The position numbers and the translations under genes were made by a program. From NCBI RefSeq assembly GCF_002571385.2, contig NW_019217896.1:616546-680545 (forward strand): 64,000 bases of DNA. The letters run 5' to 3'. The notes under the pieces are model-generated. The model made no database searches. It had not been told where the DNA came from and saw only the letters and a program-made list of their open reading frames with translations. This DNA comes from Stylophora pistillata. Its lineage: Eukaryota. This document shows, in pieces, positions 62,326 through 64,000 of this stretch (positions are counted from its first letter, which is position 1; every line of letters starts with the position of its first letter).

Positions 62326-62822
62326 CTTGTGGCTGTAACCCAGAAATCACAAAAGGAGAGAACTCAACTGTGTATCTAGTGCAAATGCCTAACTACCAGG
62401 ATACTCTGGAAAAAAAACAGTAAGTAGCACCGGGAAACAACGGGTCAAAATTGGGTCAAGATCGGAATCCTATTGTTCAACTTACTCCCTCATTCATCTC
62501 GACAACATATGTGGCTTTGCCTCCAAAAGGAGGAAATAGCCACAAAAATTGAGACGAGGCGAAATTCTTTTCTGACCATTTACTCGTGCAGATTTAAAAC
62601 ACACATTCGGGCGACTAGTAATTGAAGAAAGATAGCATGGACACTCAGCTTATGAAGCTTACAATCTTAAAAGTATTTAATTGTGACAAGACAAATACGA
62701 ATTAATGAACACAAAGCAGCTACAAACGCCGCAGTCGTGGACCAGTCTTTCAGCGGTTAAATTGTTATGCCTCGAGTTCAGACCACGTGACCAATCTGTG
62801 CCGTATGAAGCTAGCCTGTGTA

Positions 62823-63334
62823 CGGCAAGTAATTCATGGCAGTCTCCATATAGACTCCCTGTTACCCAGTCTCCATATAGACTCCCTGTTACCCAGTCTC
62901 CATATAGACTCCCTGTTTAACCTGTGTATCCTGTGTACCCATGTGTACCCTGTGTATTCTGTGTACCCATGTATACCCTGTGTACCATGTTTACCCATTA
63001 TACACTTTGTACCCATGTATATCATGTATATCCTTGTAAACTTCGTATACCCTGTCTACCTTGTGTACCCTGTACACCCTGTATTTAACAATTATTCCAC
63101 GAGCGCGCGTTGGATATGAGATGATACTATNNNNNNNNNNNNNNNNNNNNTGTGGGTACACAGGGTACACAGGGTACACAGGGTACACAGGGTACACAGG
63201 GTACACAGGGTACACAGGGTACACAGGGTACACAGGGTACACAGGGTACACAGGGAGAATGGGTAACAGGGAGTCTATATGGAGACTGGGTAACAGGGAG
63301 TCTATATGGAGACTGCCATGAATTACTTGCCCTG
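62823..63334. mobile_element. Foldback element with 25-bp and 9-bp minisatellite arms
   Basis: GGCAAGTAATTCATGG(CAGTCTCCATATAGACTCCCTGTTACC)n mirrored at 63259-63331; (TGTGTACCC)n versus (GGGTACACA)n; apparent TGTA target duplication; N gap in the middle. Confidence 0.8.
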
Positions 63335-63863
63335 TGTACAGCCGCACCCAATGTGATTAGCCGTTGATAATCGTGTTCAAGCACCATGCGGTTTTTTTCA
63401 GGAATGCATGGAAAATGATTTGATTGGCTATTACCTGTAAATGACTGCGTCGCCAAAACAACAGGATTTCACTGTTTTTAACTTTCACGGGTTTATAACA
63501 TCTCTATGTGCTTGGTTTTCACTAGCAACGTAAGGACAAGCACAAGAACTCTTATTTTTCTCCCATTTTCGATTTTCATCGTGATAGCAAACAACCCTAA
63601 GCCCTCCAAGGGTCGATCCGCACAGGGGACAAAACTGTTTGTTTTAGAATAAAAATCTGTCAACACATAACTTTTATCAGTGCGGAATGTTTTTCCTGCA
63701 AGGACAAAATAATATTGTTTTGACTCGGACAAATTTATCAAAGGAGCCGTCGTCCTGCCTTGCTTTCTTTTGTTCTCGCGACAATTGTCATTTACAAGTT
63801 CCGGTTCTTTCTGACCTCTTGCTCGTAATCAAATACCGCCACAGGGCGGCCCAAGCGTACTGT

Positions 63864-63956
63864 GGGTGTCTCGAAAACGCAGACCTCGAAAACGCAGACT
63901 GCAGACCTCGAAAACGCAGACCGCAGACCTCGAAAACGCAGAGCAGACCTCGAAAA
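63864..63956. repeat. Tandem CAGACCTCGAAAACG repeats (probable MITE terminus)
   Basis: About 5 degenerate 15-21-bp units. Confidence 0.75.
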
Positions 63957-64000
63957 GTCTGTTTTCGACATTTGGAAGAGAACCGTGGTTGTGAAGCAAT

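Noticed and set aside
62991-63456. ORFs with PVY/GTQ/PCV repeats
   Set aside because: Translations of a 9-bp minisatellite next to an N gap.

Overview
Eukaryotic, AT-rich, repeat-dense DNA with spliceosomal introns and a few N gaps. Gene content and repeat families point to a stony coral (inference). Left two-thirds: two tandem + strand SLC4 anion-exchanger (AE/band-3 type) paralogs with identical 13-coding-exon structure (1644-11909 and 35513-44627). This matches the known coral SLC4beta/SLC4gamma bicarbonate-transporter pair. They are separated by ~23 kb of LINE, Penelope-like and MITE debris. Copy 1 carries a 95-bp frameshifting duplication in exon 7 (allele or assembly artefact) and a GC-AG intron. 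Copy 2 is intact (~1009 aa), has changes near the substrate site and has lost the YxxPhi/MPV tail. Right third: a ~7-8 kb tandem segmental duplication starting at the last SLC4 exon. Block A holds a pseudogenised HEPN_DZIP3-like + TPR gene. Block B holds three minus-strand exons whose splice phases join into one ~1085-aa ORF: HEPN_DZIP3-like domain (R->H in the RxxxxH motif), ~9 x 29-aa helical repeats, and two apolipoprotein-L domains. This fusion is the best candidate for an undescribed (immune/cell-death) system. All exon calls were read by eye; no searches were run.
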